This document shows, piece after piece, positions 27,651 through 37,636 of a DNA stretch of 64,000 nt. Origin of the DNA: Nitrospirota bacterium (GTDB lineage Bacteria > Nitrospirota > Thermodesulfovibrionia > UBA6902); NCBI GenBank assembly GCA_016214845.1, contig JACRMS010000028.1, positions 16,070 through 80,069 on the forward strand, read 5' to 3'. A model generated the notes under the pieces. It did not search any database. It saw nothing but the letters and a program-made list of their open reading frames with translations, and was not told where the DNA came from. How positions within the stretch are numbered: position 1 is the first letter of the stretch; every line of letters begins with the position of its first letter. Position numbers and translations under genes: made by a program.

Positions 27651-27665
27651 CTGAAAATCCCTATG

Positions 27666-29807
27666 CTATTTGAGCTCAAAGTTTTCTATTGAAAGTATTC
27701 CGTTAGTGATATTCATGTTCCCGCTCAAAGCCGTGCTGCCGGTATTTGATGAATAATCGCAATTAAAACCGCCGACTAATATTACCGATTTATTAAGATT
27801 TAAGTTCGGGCTTTCCGTCAAGCTCACCGCCCTGCTCTGGACAGTCTCTCCGTCAGCGGCGGCATCATAAGCAGCCTGGAGGGTTGAATAATACGCGGGG
27901 ATTATACGAAGTATCCTCACGGGCTGGTTTGGACAGGTCAGAGAATTTAAGGCGTTAAATGCATTCAACCTCCCGCCGGTCAGGACCTTGCCGGACAGAG
28001 ATGTTTTAACATCAACATTATTCAGGACGGCATTCTTTATATCAATACCCGTAAGAGCAGGATTGAATGCCTTTATCAGTCCAGCAACACCCGATACATG
28101 AGGCGAGGCCATTGATGTCCCCTGGTAACTTGAATAACCATAGCCGCTGATACTGATCGATCTCCTGTCAAGTGTTACGTCATCAATATAAACCCCGTCG
28201 TTGTGATTGATAGGATCGGCAGACAATCCAAAGCCGAAATAAAAACTGCCGGACATGTCTGCCGCCGAAGTCAATCCGGTAGTCGAATCCGAAATAAAAC
28301 TCCCGCTGGTGGTCCCGGTCCTGTAATCCACCCAGCCCCAGTTAATTCCATCCAGGGAATAATTGATGTCCAGATAATCAAAATTATTCTCAAGCACGCC
28401 CTTCCATTTAAATGAAAGCGTGTACAGGTTATCTTTTACTGATGCTATCGGGGTCATATAGCCGGCCCATGAACTTGTATTGCCACGATAGTTTTTGCCC
28501 GGACTGTCTTCAAGACTGTTAGTGCCGCCATAGCCTGTCCCGGTTGTTATTGCCCAGGTGGAATTCGTGCCTCCCCTGCTCCATCCAAGACGAGGAAGAT
28601 TTCCGGACGTGCTATTAAAATTCTGGCTGAAGATCGTTAGAGGAGCGCCGTAGCTGAAAACAGGCACTGTGCTGTAAATGTTTACCCCGGGCGCTGCCAG
28701 GTCAACGGTGGAGGCCCCGTAATTTGAAAAATATGCAAGCGCGTCGTTGTGGTCGGTTGCCGCCACGGATATTATATTGGGGCTTGTGTAGCTTGCAGGA
28801 TAAAAAAGGGTTGCATCATTATTTGTGCCGCTGTTTCCTGCTGCGCACACAACGACCGCGGGGGATGCGTCAATGGCGTCTTTCAACGCCTGGCTGTAAC
28901 CCGTGCCGCCCCAGCTGTTGTTTATTACGTGGGCGCCTTTTGCATTTGCGTAAAGAATTGCAGAGACAGCATCCGCTGTAGTGCCGCTGCCGCCAACGCC
29001 AAGAAATCTCAGAGGCATAATCTTCGCATGCCACATGACGCCTGTTATTCCCAGGGCGTTATTTCCGGCTGCCGCTATTGTGCCCGCCACATGAGTGCCG
29101 TGAGCAGCGTAATCAGCAGGGTCATTGTCGTCGCCGATAAAATCCCATCCCCGGCAATCATCTATATAGCCATTGCCGTCGTTATCAATTCCATCGACGC
29201 AGCTTGTCTCCCCGGTGTTGGTCCAGATATTTGCGCTTAGATCAGGATGGTTATACGCAACGCCGGAGTCAACCACAGCTATCACAACACTGTTTGAACC
29301 CGTGGTAATGTCCCACGCCTCCGGGGCATCGATATCCGCATCTGAAGTCCCGCCCGTCTGCCCCGTATTATCAAGCCCCCACAGGTTGGTGAAATAAACA
29401 TCATCGGGCATAACATCAGCGTGAACAATATAGTTCGGTTCAGCATATTCTATTTGCGGCTCAAGAAGATAATCTCTTAGCGCCTGCCTCAAAGAAACAT
29501 TGCCAGGCGTCTTAACAAGCTGGAGCCCTCTTAAACCCCCGAATTCTTTTTTTATCATCACGCCGGTCCTTGAATGGACAAGGGAAGAGGCCTGCTTCAA
29601 TACCAGGTTATCGGCGGCAACTTCGCCTTTAAACTTAATAATCATTTCCCCTTTAACATGTTCGGGGGACAAGAGGCGGTCAACTGCGGCATCAACATCA
29701 GCGGCATTGATATTTGCAGCCTCCGCTTTATTAAGCAAAAGAAAACAGGAATATATCAGGAAAGTGAAAATAAGTATAATAGGAGCGAGCTTTATTGCTT
29801 TTGTCAT
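27666..29807 (-). CDS. Secreted subtilisin-like serine protease (peptidase S8) with a long C-terminal extension
   Basis: Signal peptide, then catalytic-triad motifs VAVVDSGVAYNHPDL (Asp), HGTHVAGTIAA (His) and GTSMASPHVSGVAGL (Ser). About 300 aa follow the Ser motif. Confidence 0.8.
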   Translation of the reverse strand: MTKAIKLAPIILIFTFLIYSCFLLLNKAEAANINAADVDAAVDRLLSPEHVKGEMIIKFKGEVAADNLVLKQASSLVHSRTGVMIKKEFGGLRGLQLVKTPGNVSLRQALRDYLLEPQIEYAEPNYIVHADVMPDDVYFTNLWGLDNTGQTGGTSDADIDAPEAWDITTGSNSVVIAVVDSGVAYNHPDLSANIWTNTGETSCVDGIDNDGNGYIDDCRGWDFIGDDNDPADYAAHGTHVAGTIAAAGNNALGITGVMWHAKIMPLRFLGVGGSGTTADAVSAILYANAKGAHVINNSWGGTGYSQALKDAIDASPAVVVCAAGNSGTNNDATLFYPASYTSPNIISVAATDHNDALAYFSNYGASTVDLAAPGVNIYSTVPVFSYGAPLTIFSQNFNSTSGNLPRLGWSRGGTNSTWAITTGTGYGGTNSLEDSPGKNYRGNTSSWAGYMTPIASVKDNLYTLSFKWKGVLENNFDYLDINYSLDGINWGWVDYRTGTTSGSFISDSTTGLTSAADMSGSFYFGFGLSADPINHNDGVYIDDVTLDRRSISISGYGYSSYQGTSMASPHVSGVAGLIKAFNPALTGIDIKNAVLNNVDVKTSLSGKVLTGGRLNAFNALNSLTCPNQPVRILRIIPAYYSTLQAAYDAAADGETVQSRAVSLTESPNLNLNKSVILVGGFNCDYSSNTGSTALSGNMNITNGILSIENFELK

Positions 29808-29875
29808 CGTGACTTTCCCGGCTCTATTGATGAATGAAACAAGAAATTGCGATAGTTTTATTATAAACCTTTCTT

Positions 29876-30301
29876 TTGAAAATCAACATGAAAAAATACG
29901 AACCTATTGATATCTCAGGAGACGCAGGCCTCAGGATATGGGGCGATGGGCTGCCTGAGCTTTTTGCGAATGCCGCGGAAGGGATGTTTAATCTCATTAC
30001 AGATGTCTTAAATGTAACAGGACCGGAAGAAAGGGAAGTTGCCGTCCGCGCTGAAAGTATTGAAGATTTGCTCATCAAATGGCTCAACGAGCTTGTCTTC
30101 CTCTTTGATACATTCGGCCTTGTTGGAAAGTCATTTGATATAAGGATTGAAAACACCTCGCTGAAGGCAAAGATCTCAGGCGGGATCTTTAATCCTCAGG
30201 CCAATGAAAGCAGGCTGCTTATCAAGGCCGCCACATATCACAACCTGTCGGTAAGAAAGATCAATTCAAAGTGGGAGGCTGTGGTAATATTTGATATATA
30301 G
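29876..30301 (+). CDS. Archease (RtcB activator)
   Basis: 141 aa with blocks SLKAKISGGIFNPQ and KAATYHNLSVRK and a C-terminal VVIFDI matching the archease fold. It lies directly upstream of rtcB. Confidence 0.7.
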   Translation: MKINMKKYEPIDISGDAGLRIWGDGLPELFANAAEGMFNLITDVLNVTGPEEREVAVRAESIEDLLIKWLNELVFLFDTFGLVGKSFDIRIENTSLKAKISGGIFNPQANESRLLIKAATYHNLSVRKINSKWEAVVIFDI

Positions 30302-30328
30302 TCAAAGAGAAATGAAGGAAGTGAGATC

Positions 30329-31774
30329 ATGACCATTGAGGGATTACATAGAATTGACGCCACGAGGCTTGAGGTGCCGAAGGGCTACAAGGCCGGAATG
30401 AGGACGAACGGAATTATTTATATTGATGAGGTCCTTGAGAAAGAACTTGAGAAAGAGGCCATTGAGCAGGTCGCAAACGTTTCCACACTCCCGGGGATTG
30501 TCGGTTCATCGCTCGCAATGCCTGATATTCATACAGGGTACGGTTTTACCATAGGAGGCGTTGCCGCGTTCGATCTGAAAGAGGGGATCATTTCTCCGGG
30601 TGGAGTTGGTTATGACATCAATTGCGGGGTCAGGCTTTTGAGGACCAATCTTGCCAGAGAAGAGGTCGCTCCGAAGATCAAAGAGCTTATCGAGGGCTTT
30701 TACAGGGACATCCCGACAGGCGTAGGGTCGAAAGGGAAACTGCGTTTGAATTCCGAAGAACACAGAAAGGTCCTTCTGCAAGGAGCGCGCTGGGTAGTGG
30801 AGCAGGGTTTCGGAGAAAAGGAAGACCTCATTCACGCGGAGTCTGGGGGATGCATCGACGGGGCGGACCCCGGCCTGATCAGCGACAAGGCTTATGAGCG
30901 CGGCAGGTCGCAGCTCGGAACTCTCGGCTCAGGCAACCACTTTACGGAGATCCAGTACGTTGACGAGATTTACGATGAGAAGATCGCCAATGCCCTCGGT
31001 TTGTTTAAGACCCAGATCACAGTTATGATCCATACAGGCTCGCGCGGTTTCGGCCACCAGGTGTGCACGGACTTTCTTGAAGTAATGCAGAGGTCGGCGG
31101 CAAAATACAAGATTGAGCTGCCGGACAGGGAGCTTGCCTGCGCGCCCTTTGACAGCCCTGAGGCAAGGGACTACTTAGCGTCAATGAGGGCTGCCGCGAA
31201 TTTCGCATGGGCCAACAGGCAGTTCATTATGTACTGGGTGAAGGAGTCCTTCATGAATGTCTTTGGCACAGGGCCGAAAATGATCGGCATGAGCCTGATA
31301 TATGATGTTGCGCACAACATTGCAAAGGTGGAGGAGCACATTGTCAACGGGCAAAAGAGAAAACTTGTGATACACCGCAAAGGCGCAACAAGGGCCTTCC
31401 CTCCGGGGCATCCTGAACTTCCCGATGCATACAAACATATCGGCCAGCCTGTTATAATACCGGGCGATATGGGCAGGGCGTCTTATGTCCTCATAGGGAC
31501 TGAAAGAGGAATGGCGGAAGCCTTCGGCTCCACATGCCACGGCGCAGGCAGGCTGATGTCAAGGCATCAGGCGATAAGAAGGGCGAAAGGGCGCTCTATC
31601 CGCAGAGAGATGGAAGACATGGGCATAGTCGTAAGGTCTGCCGGGAGGGAGACGCTTGCGGAGGAAATGCCGGAGGCTTACAAGAACGTTTCAAATGTTG
31701 TGGACGTAGTGCATAACGCTGGACTTTCAAAAAAGGTCGCGAGGCTCAGGCCGCTCGGTGTGATAAAGGGATAA
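30329..31774 (+). CDS. rtcB: RNA-splicing ligase RtcB
   Basis: 481 aa with RtcB metal and active-site blocks (GYDINCGVRL, GSGNHF, YDVAHNIAKVEEH, STCHGAGR). Confidence 0.85.
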   Translation: MTIEGLHRIDATRLEVPKGYKAGMRTNGIIYIDEVLEKELEKEAIEQVANVSTLPGIVGSSLAMPDIHTGYGFTIGGVAAFDLKEGIISPGGVGYDINCGVRLLRTNLAREEVAPKIKELIEGFYRDIPTGVGSKGKLRLNSEEHRKVLLQGARWVVEQGFGEKEDLIHAESGGCIDGADPGLISDKAYERGRSQLGTLGSGNHFTEIQYVDEIYDEKIANALGLFKTQITVMIHTGSRGFGHQVCTDFLEVMQRSAAKYKIELPDRELACAPFDSPEARDYLASMRAAANFAWANRQFIMYWVKESFMNVFGTGPKMIGMSLIYDVAHNIAKVEEHIVNGQKRKLVIHRKGATRAFPPGHPELPDAYKHIGQPVIIPGDMGRASYVLIGTERGMAEAFGSTCHGAGRLMSRHQAIRRAKGRSIRREMEDMGIVVRSAGRETLAEEMPEAYKNVSNVVDVVHNAGLSKKVARLRPLGVIKG

Positions 31775-31779
31775 AGTTA

Positions 31780-32664
31780 ATGAAAAAATTGAAACTCAGG
31801 ATCGGCAGGATCCCGTACGCAAACCTTTTCCCGATATTCTACTATCTCGAAAAGCAATGCAATCATTCAGCGTACAGATTTGTCAAAGGCGTTCCTTCAA
31901 AGGTGAATAAAATGCTGCGCGAGGGCAAACTCGACATCAGCCCTTCATCTTCCATTGAATACCTGCGGAACAAGAACAAATACCTTATCGTGCCCTACTC
32001 TTCCATAAGCTCCTCCGGGCCCATCAAAAGCATCCTCCTGTTTTCGAAATACCCGTTAAATGAACTAGGCGGTAAGGCCATTGCGCTGTCATCAGCGTCT
32101 GAAACATCCACCGCGCTCTTGAAAATAATCCTGAAAGAATTCCTCTCGCTAAAATGCAAATTCAAACCCACGGACCACCGCAGCGTCAAAAATATCCTGT
32201 CGACTTTTTCCGCTGTCCTTCACATAGGCGACACGGCGATGCAGGAAGCGAAGAAGACAGAAAACAGAAGACAGAAGACAGAAGACAGAAAAAAGAAAAC
32301 AAATAATAGTCTGGCATCTGAGGTCTGTCTTCTGGGTTCTGAGCCGCTTTTCATCTACGACCTTGGAGAGCTGTGGTTTAAATACACGGGACTTCCATTT
32401 GTGTTTGCCCTGTGGGTTGTAACGAAAGATGCTGTTGAGGAGAAAAAAGAGCTTATCAAAAAACTCTCCTCGGAATTAAGGAACGCAAAAAAGTACGCAG
32501 GTAAAAAATTCCCGCTGATAGCAAAAGACGCCCCTCAAAATAAATGGCTGACGGAAAAAGAACTTATTGACTACTGGAAGACCATCTCCTATGACTTCAC
32601 TGAAAAACACCTTGAGGGCCTGCGGCTGTTCGAGAAGTACGCATTGAAATTATCCGGCAAGTAA
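31780..32664 (+). CDS. MqnA/MqnD-family protein (futalosine-pathway menaquinone biosynthesis, chorismate dehydratase-like) with a low-complexity insertion
   Basis: N-terminus LRIGRIPYANLFPIFYYL...GKLDISPSSSIEYL is typical of the VitK2_biosynth family. It contains the insertion KKTENRRQKTEDRKKKTNNS, encoded by a heptamer repeat. Confidence 0.55.
   Translation: MKKLKLRIGRIPYANLFPIFYYLEKQCNHSAYRFVKGVPSKVNKMLREGKLDISPSSSIEYLRNKNKYLIVPYSSISSSGPIKSILLFSKYPLNELGGKAIALSSASETSTALLKIILKEFLSLKCKFKPTDHRSVKNILSTFSAVLHIGDTAMQEAKKTENRRQKTEDRKKKTNNSLASEVCLLGSEPLFIYDLGELWFKYTGLPFVFALWVVTKDAVEEKKELIKKLSSELRNAKKYAGKKFPLIAKDAPQNKWLTEKELIDYWKTISYDFTEKHLEGLRLFEKYALKLSGK
32258..32292. repeat. (CAGAARA)5 tandem heptamer microsatellite inside the MqnA-like ORF, in frame together with flanking copies
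   Basis: cagaaaa cagaaga cagaaga cagaaga cagaaaa, with c at 32258, 32265, 32272, 32279 and 32286. Confidence 0.8.
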
Positions 32665-32808
32665 CCCAGTTAAACATTCTCCCTCCTATTCTTTACAAAC
32701 TTAGGGAACTCACTTGAAATGCCGATAAGAGCTTAGGTTTGTCCTTAGGGCTGACTAAGGGTGAGCATATTTACTTGATGAAATATCTCGTAAAAAAATG
32801 AGAGAAAG

Positions 32809-35601
32809 ATGAAGTTAGCTCATAAATTGACTATTGGGTTCCTGGCGGTCGCCTTGCTGATATGGACTACCGGTTATTTGATCATTGATATCAGCAGAAA
32901 GACACTGGAAGAGCTTTTCGTTGATAACGCCGAATCCCTGTCTAAAGAGATCCTCTCAGCCCTTGAAAAAGAAATTTATAACAAGGTCGAGGTATTCCGC
33001 GAATATTCCAGGGACATATTTGTTCCCCGGACGTTGATAAAATCAAACCGCGAGTTTGAGAAGCTCGGAAACATTCAACAATTCCTCGAACAAAAAAATG
33101 CGGAGTGGAAAAACACTCCTGAAAATGCTGAAACTCCGTTTATGCGCAGTCTCACAGAAAACGATCTATCGGAGGAATTAAAAGAGAAAACGGAATACTA
33201 CAGGGAGAGATACGGCCACAATATCTTCAGCGAAGTATTTTTTACGAATAAATACGGGGCTGTTGTCGCCATGACCAATAGAACAGAGGACTACAGGCAG
33301 GATGATGAAGAATGGTGGCAGGCCGCAAAGAAGAACGGGCTATATGTTGAAGACGTTAAATATGATAAAAGCGCTAATGATTATTGCATAAGTGTCGGCT
33401 TGAGGATTGACGATGAAGACGGCAATTTCCTCGGAGCAATGAAATTCCTGCTGAGCGCCAAACAGATCACAGCCACATTAAATAATTTAAAAACCTATAT
33501 ACAAAATGAGCAGGACAGGCATAATGTGAAAGTCAGGCTTATCACTCATGACAAGAAATTAATTTACTCCTCAGAAAAAGGCGACAGGCTTTTTCAGGAT
33601 TTTTTTCATTCCTTTAAACCGGGCCTGTTTCAGGAAATACAAAAGACCAGGGCCTTAAGCGCCGAACACGACGGGAGACTGTCCGTGTATATTCAGGCAC
33701 AGGACTACAAAGACATTAAAGGCCTGGGATGGATATTAATTACGGACTATGACGCGGAGGAAGTATTTGCTCCTGTCATCGAATTGCGGAACAAGATCTC
33801 ATTTATCTCCCTGAGCATCACACTGTTTGCAGTTGTCCTGGGCGTTTTCATGTCCTCACGCATTACAAAATCAATCCTGAAGCTGCGGGACACCGCGATC
33901 AAATTCGGCAAGGGCGAACAGGATGTGAAAATTGACATTAACTCTCACGACGAGATCGGCGAGCTGGCGGACGCCTTCAACCAGATGAGGGAGGACCTGA
34001 AGATGACGGCAATGGTGCGGGACAAACTGACTGAAGACCTGCAGGAAGGCGAGGAGAGGCTGCGCTCGGTAATAGAAACTGCCAACGACGCCATCGCGTC
34101 TTTTGACAGCGAAGGCAGGGTCATTTTCTGGAATGCGACCGCTGAAAGGATTTTCGGGTACACCACCGATGAGGCCGTGGGCAGGCATATCACAGGCTTC
34201 ATGTCAAAGCAGTTCCACGACTTCTGTCAAAAAGAACTGGCCCCGGCAGTTGTATTGGAAAACGAGGACATTATCGGCAAGACAGTCGAGATTACCGGTC
34301 AAAAAAAAGACGGCCGGGAATTCCCCGCCGAACTCTCCATTGCGATATGGAGGAAGAAAGGGGAAACTTTTTTTACCGCAATATTCAGGGACATAACAGA
34401 CCGCAAGCATTCGGAAGAATTAATCGGGCTTCAGCTTAACCGCCTCAATGTGCTGCATTCAATTGAGAAAGCGGTCAACTCCAGTATCGACCTGCATTCA
34501 ACTCTCGACATCCTTACAGACCAGATCACAACGCAATTAGGCATTGACGCCGTTTCGGTTTTACTGCTGAACAAACACACTCAATCGCTTGACCATGTCA
34601 TCAACAAAGGTTTCCGCTCAAGCGCGCTTAAACACACACATCTCAGACTGGGAGAGGGCAATGCGGGCCGGGCCGCTGTTGAACAGCGCATCATCGGCAT
34701 CGCAAATCTCGTGCAGGAACCCGACGGCTTTGTGCGGTCAAGGTTGTTTCCCGATGAGAAATTTGTCTCATATTTCGCCGTCCCTCTTATTGCCAAGGGC
34801 GATGTAAAAGGCGTATTGGAGTTGTTTTACCGCAGCCAGTTCGATGCCAATCCTGATTGGCTGGATTTTCTCGACACCATTGCCGACCAGGCTGCCATCG
34901 CCATTGACCATGCCTCGCTGTTCAATGACCTCCAGCATTCACGCAATGAACTTATACTCGCTTATGACAGCACCATTGTGGGATGGTCCACCGCGCTTGA
35001 TATGAGGGACAAAGAGACAGAAGGTCATTCACTCAGAGTGACCGATCTGACCACTCGCATAGCTATGGAAATAGGGATAAGCGGAGACGAGCTCGTGCAT
35101 ATCAGAAGGGGAGCCCTCCTGCATGATATCGGGAAGATGGGAATTCCCGACAACATCCTTCTTAAGCCCGGTAAATTAACGGATGAGGAATGGGTAATAA
35201 TGAAACGCCATCCTCTTTACGCCTATGACATGCTTAGCGGAACAGACTACTTAAGACCGGCCCTCGACATCCCATTATATCATCATGAGAAATGGGACGG
35301 ATCGGGATACCCCAAGGGCCTGGAAGGCAAGGCCATCCCCCTTGCGGCAAGGATATTCGCGGTAGTTGATGTGTGGGACGCGTTAACGTCAAACCGTCCT
35401 TACCGGCCTGCGTGGGCCAAAGAGAAAACCCTCGCATACATCCGCTCACAGGCAGGCACACACTTTGACCCTGAAGTAGTGGAAGTCTTTATGAAAATGG
35501 CGTACAATAATTACCCGCAGGAAGAACCGCAGCTTGGGCCGCATGACGGCTTGCTGCCTCCGGCAAGCACAAAGCCTTCTTTATCGCCTTCAACAATATA
35601 A
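32809..35601 (+). CDS. Multidomain membrane sensor ending in an HD-GYP (c-di-GMP phosphodiesterase-type) domain
   Basis: N-terminal TM, a ~300-aa periplasmic region, second TM, HAMP, a PAS-like and a GAF-like region. The C-terminus carries HDIGKMGIPD...HHEKWDGSGYPKGL (HD plus GYP motifs). Confidence 0.75.
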   Translation: MKLAHKLTIGFLAVALLIWTTGYLIIDISRKTLEELFVDNAESLSKEILSALEKEIYNKVEVFREYSRDIFVPRTLIKSNREFEKLGNIQQFLEQKNAEWKNTPENAETPFMRSLTENDLSEELKEKTEYYRERYGHNIFSEVFFTNKYGAVVAMTNRTEDYRQDDEEWWQAAKKNGLYVEDVKYDKSANDYCISVGLRIDDEDGNFLGAMKFLLSAKQITATLNNLKTYIQNEQDRHNVKVRLITHDKKLIYSSEKGDRLFQDFFHSFKPGLFQEIQKTRALSAEHDGRLSVYIQAQDYKDIKGLGWILITDYDAEEVFAPVIELRNKISFISLSITLFAVVLGVFMSSRITKSILKLRDTAIKFGKGEQDVKIDINSHDEIGELADAFNQMREDLKMTAMVRDKLTEDLQEGEERLRSVIETANDAIASFDSEGRVIFWNATAERIFGYTTDEAVGRHITGFMSKQFHDFCQKELAPAVVLENEDIIGKTVEITGQKKDGREFPAELSIAIWRKKGETFFTAIFRDITDRKHSEELIGLQLNRLNVLHSIEKAVNSSIDLHSTLDILTDQITTQLGIDAVSVLLLNKHTQSLDHVINKGFRSSALKHTHLRLGEGNAGRAAVEQRIIGIANLVQEPDGFVRSRLFPDEKFVSYFAVPLIAKGDVKGVLELFYRSQFDANPDWLDFLDTIADQAAIAIDHASLFNDLQHSRNELILAYDSTIVGWSTALDMRDKETEGHSLRVTDLTTRIAMEIGISGDELVHIRRGALLHDIGKMGIPDNILLKPGKLTDEEWVIMKRHPLYAYDMLSGTDYLRPALDIPLYHHEKWDGSGYPKGLEGKAIPLAARIFAVVDVWDALTSNRPYRPAWAKEKTLAYIRSQAGTHFDPEVVEVFMKMAYNNYPQEEPQLGPHDGLLPPASTKPSLSPSTI

Positions 35602-35834
35602 TCGAATTTCATACCCTCAAGTTTTTCATATGTCTCGGCATCCATAAAAATCTTGAGGCCGTTCTGCTCCACAACCTTATCGCCGCTTTCAGGCGCCTCG
35701 ACAATATCAATCCCGTATGAGGGGCCGCAGCAGCTGCTGCCTGCCATAAAAAACTTGAGTCCCCAGGTAGCCTTTCCTTCTGTAATCAGAATCTCCTTTG
35801 CCTTCTCTGCGGCTGCATCTGTAATTGTAACCAT
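35511..35834 (-). CDS. A-type Fe-S cluster carrier (IscA/ErpA/HesB family)
   Basis: 107 aa with the three conserved Cys (SSCCGPS...CGPSCGSSCG C-terminus). It overlaps the 3' end of the convergent ORF 32809-35601 by 91 nt. Confidence 0.7.
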   Translation of the reverse strand: MVTITDAAAEKAKEILITEGKATWGLKFFMAGSSCCGPSYGIDIVEAPESGDKVVEQNGLKIFMDAETYEKLEGMKFDYIVEGDKEGFVLAGGSKPSCGPSCGSSCG

Positions 35835-35950
35835 TTAAAAAAATCCTCCTTATTTCCTGCCCCTCAAAAAACGGACATTCTTGAGACGCTGTTTCATTTC
35901 TTTTTAGAGTAAAGGAAATGCACCTGAAAAATCAAACTGCCTGAATCACC

Positions 35951-35980
35951 AGTAGGGGCGAACGGCCGTTCGCCCCTACT
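35951..35980. promoter_or_regulatory. Perfect 30-nt palindrome AGTAGGGGCGAACGGCCGTTCGCCCCTACT in the erpA-like/dus divergent intergenic region
   Basis: Self-complementary over its full length. A variant (agtaggggcgtattgccatacgcccctact) occurs at 53023-53052 just upstream of the cgs-like gene. Confidence 0.4.
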
Positions 35981-36099
35981 GCAAAATCGTTGTCACATTC
36001 CGGGCAGCATTGCCGAACCGCCGGTTTTCCTGTTAACATGTCAAATCGCAAAATTACTTAATTCATAGCTCCGAGGCAAGAGAAAAAGAGATAGGAAAT

Positions 36100-37110
36100 G
36101 TGTCGATAAAAGCTGAAACGAACGTGCAAACACAGCCGCAAGCGATACAGATCCGCGATCTGCTTATCGGTCCGCCGCTTCTCCTTGCGCCGATGGCAGG
36201 CCTTACCCACAGCGCCATCCGGCGGATAATGATCGGCTTCGGCGGGGTCGGCCTTTTGTCGACCGAAATGCTCTCGGTTAAAAGCGTACCCGTGGAAAAT
36301 CCCCGCATCTCTCCGTATCTGATCAGGACCGAAAGGGAAAGCCCGCTTTCCTATCAGCTCCTGACTTCCAATCACCAGGAGATAGGCCGGGCCATTGATG
36401 CCCTTCACAAATTAAAGGCTGACGCTGTTGATTTAAACATGGGCTGCCCATCTACAGCGGTCGGCAAGTTCGGCGCTGGCGTAATTCTGATGGAGCGGCC
36501 GGATGAGGCCCGCCGAATAGTGGCCGAGGCCAGAAAACGCACCGCCTTGCCCCTGAGTGTGAAGATCCGTCTGGGCAGAGAGGCCGACAGCGGGAAATTA
36601 AAGACGTTCTGCTCTATGCTCGAAGGTGAGGGCATTGATATGCTTACGGTGCATGCCCGGTTCAAGCATGAACCCTTTGCAAGAAATCCGCGGTGGGAGT
36701 ATATAGCCGAAATAAAAGACTACATTAAGATACCCGTTATCGCCAATGGAGGAATTTTCTCGGTAGAGGATGCGGAAAAATGTCTGAGGGTATCACGAGC
36801 CGACGGATTGATGCTCGGACAGGGGGCGGTGATAAGGCCCTGGCTCTTCTCGGAAATTGCCGGGGCTGTATACGGCGTCGATATCCCGAAGCCGATTGTT
36901 TCGTTGCCCGATATTTACACGGCCTTTATCGAAGCCTTGAACGCCGATTATCGCCCGATATACCGCCTGGGCAGGCTGAAGGCATTTACCCACTACTTCG
37001 CCAGGAATTATAAATTCGGACACTCTCTGGCTTGCAAAGTCCAGTCAAGCAGCAGTATGGATGAAGCAAGGGAACGGGCCGGGACGTTCTTTGCGAACAG
37101 CAAAGAGTAG
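36100..37110 (+). CDS. dus: tRNA-dihydrouridine synthase (Dus family)
   Basis: LLAPMAGLTHSAIRRI and DLNMGCP active-site blocks in a TIM-barrel flavoenzyme. Confidence 0.8.
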   Translation: MSIKAETNVQTQPQAIQIRDLLIGPPLLLAPMAGLTHSAIRRIMIGFGGVGLLSTEMLSVKSVPVENPRISPYLIRTERESPLSYQLLTSNHQEIGRAIDALHKLKADAVDLNMGCPSTAVGKFGAGVILMERPDEARRIVAEARKRTALPLSVKIRLGREADSGKLKTFCSMLEGEGIDMLTVHARFKHEPFARNPRWEYIAEIKDYIKIPVIANGGIFSVEDAEKCLRVSRADGLMLGQGAVIRPWLFSEIAGAVYGVDIPKPIVSLPDIYTAFIEALNADYRPIYRLGRLKAFTHYFARNYKFGHSLACKVQSSSSMDEARERAGTFFANSKE

Positions 37111-37138
37111 ACCTGACACCACCCAAACCTTGGGTGGG

Positions 37139-37369
37139 TTACTCACTGATCTCATCCTTGTGCCTCAGATATAAGGCTTCGACTTTATTCCTGGCCCAGG
37201 GGGTCCTTCTCAAGAAGTGCAGACTGGATTTGATGCTCGGATCATTATTGAAACATCTGATGCGGATAAGTCTTCCCATTTTCTCCCAGCCAAGAAGTTC
37301 TACCAGCCGGGTCAGCATCATTTCTAAAGTGATGCCGTGAAGAGGATCGTTGGATTGTTGCTTAGTCAT
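37139..37369 (-). CDS. DUF2132/VF530-family small protein
   Basis: 76 aa. [19 protein letters not shown]...[32 protein letters not shown] matches the conserved VF530 pattern. Confidence 0.55.
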   Translation of the reverse strand: MTKQQSNDPLHGITLEMMLTRLVELLGWEKMGRLIRIRCFNNDPSIKSSLHFLRRTPWARNKVEALYLRHKDEISE

Positions 37370-37636
37370 GTTTCAGCCCTAATAGATCATTTCAGTTTTC
37401 AATAACGTTTCTAAAAGTATACACTTAGCAGCTCTAAAATCTCGACGCGCATATGCCCAAGGGGAGATATAGGGCATCGATCGTAGACACCCCTCTGTGA
37501 AACGCTAAAATTAAAGACCTGAACCTCCAATACCTCGTATGTTATAATCAACCGTTATTACGGGGACTCAGGCTGTAGTTTTTTCTAAAAAGCCATTTGA
37601 ACATTCAAGCGTTTAATATCTTTTTATGAATGGGGC

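Noticed and set aside
29876-30301. Alternative reading of the 141-aa ORF as a generic hypothetical protein
   Set aside because: Block-wise similarity to archease (SLKAKISGGIFNP, KAATYHNLSVRK, C-terminal VIFDI) and its position immediately upstream of rtcB favour the archease call. The canonical H-T-A-D N-terminal motif is altered (SGDAG), so confidence was kept moderate.
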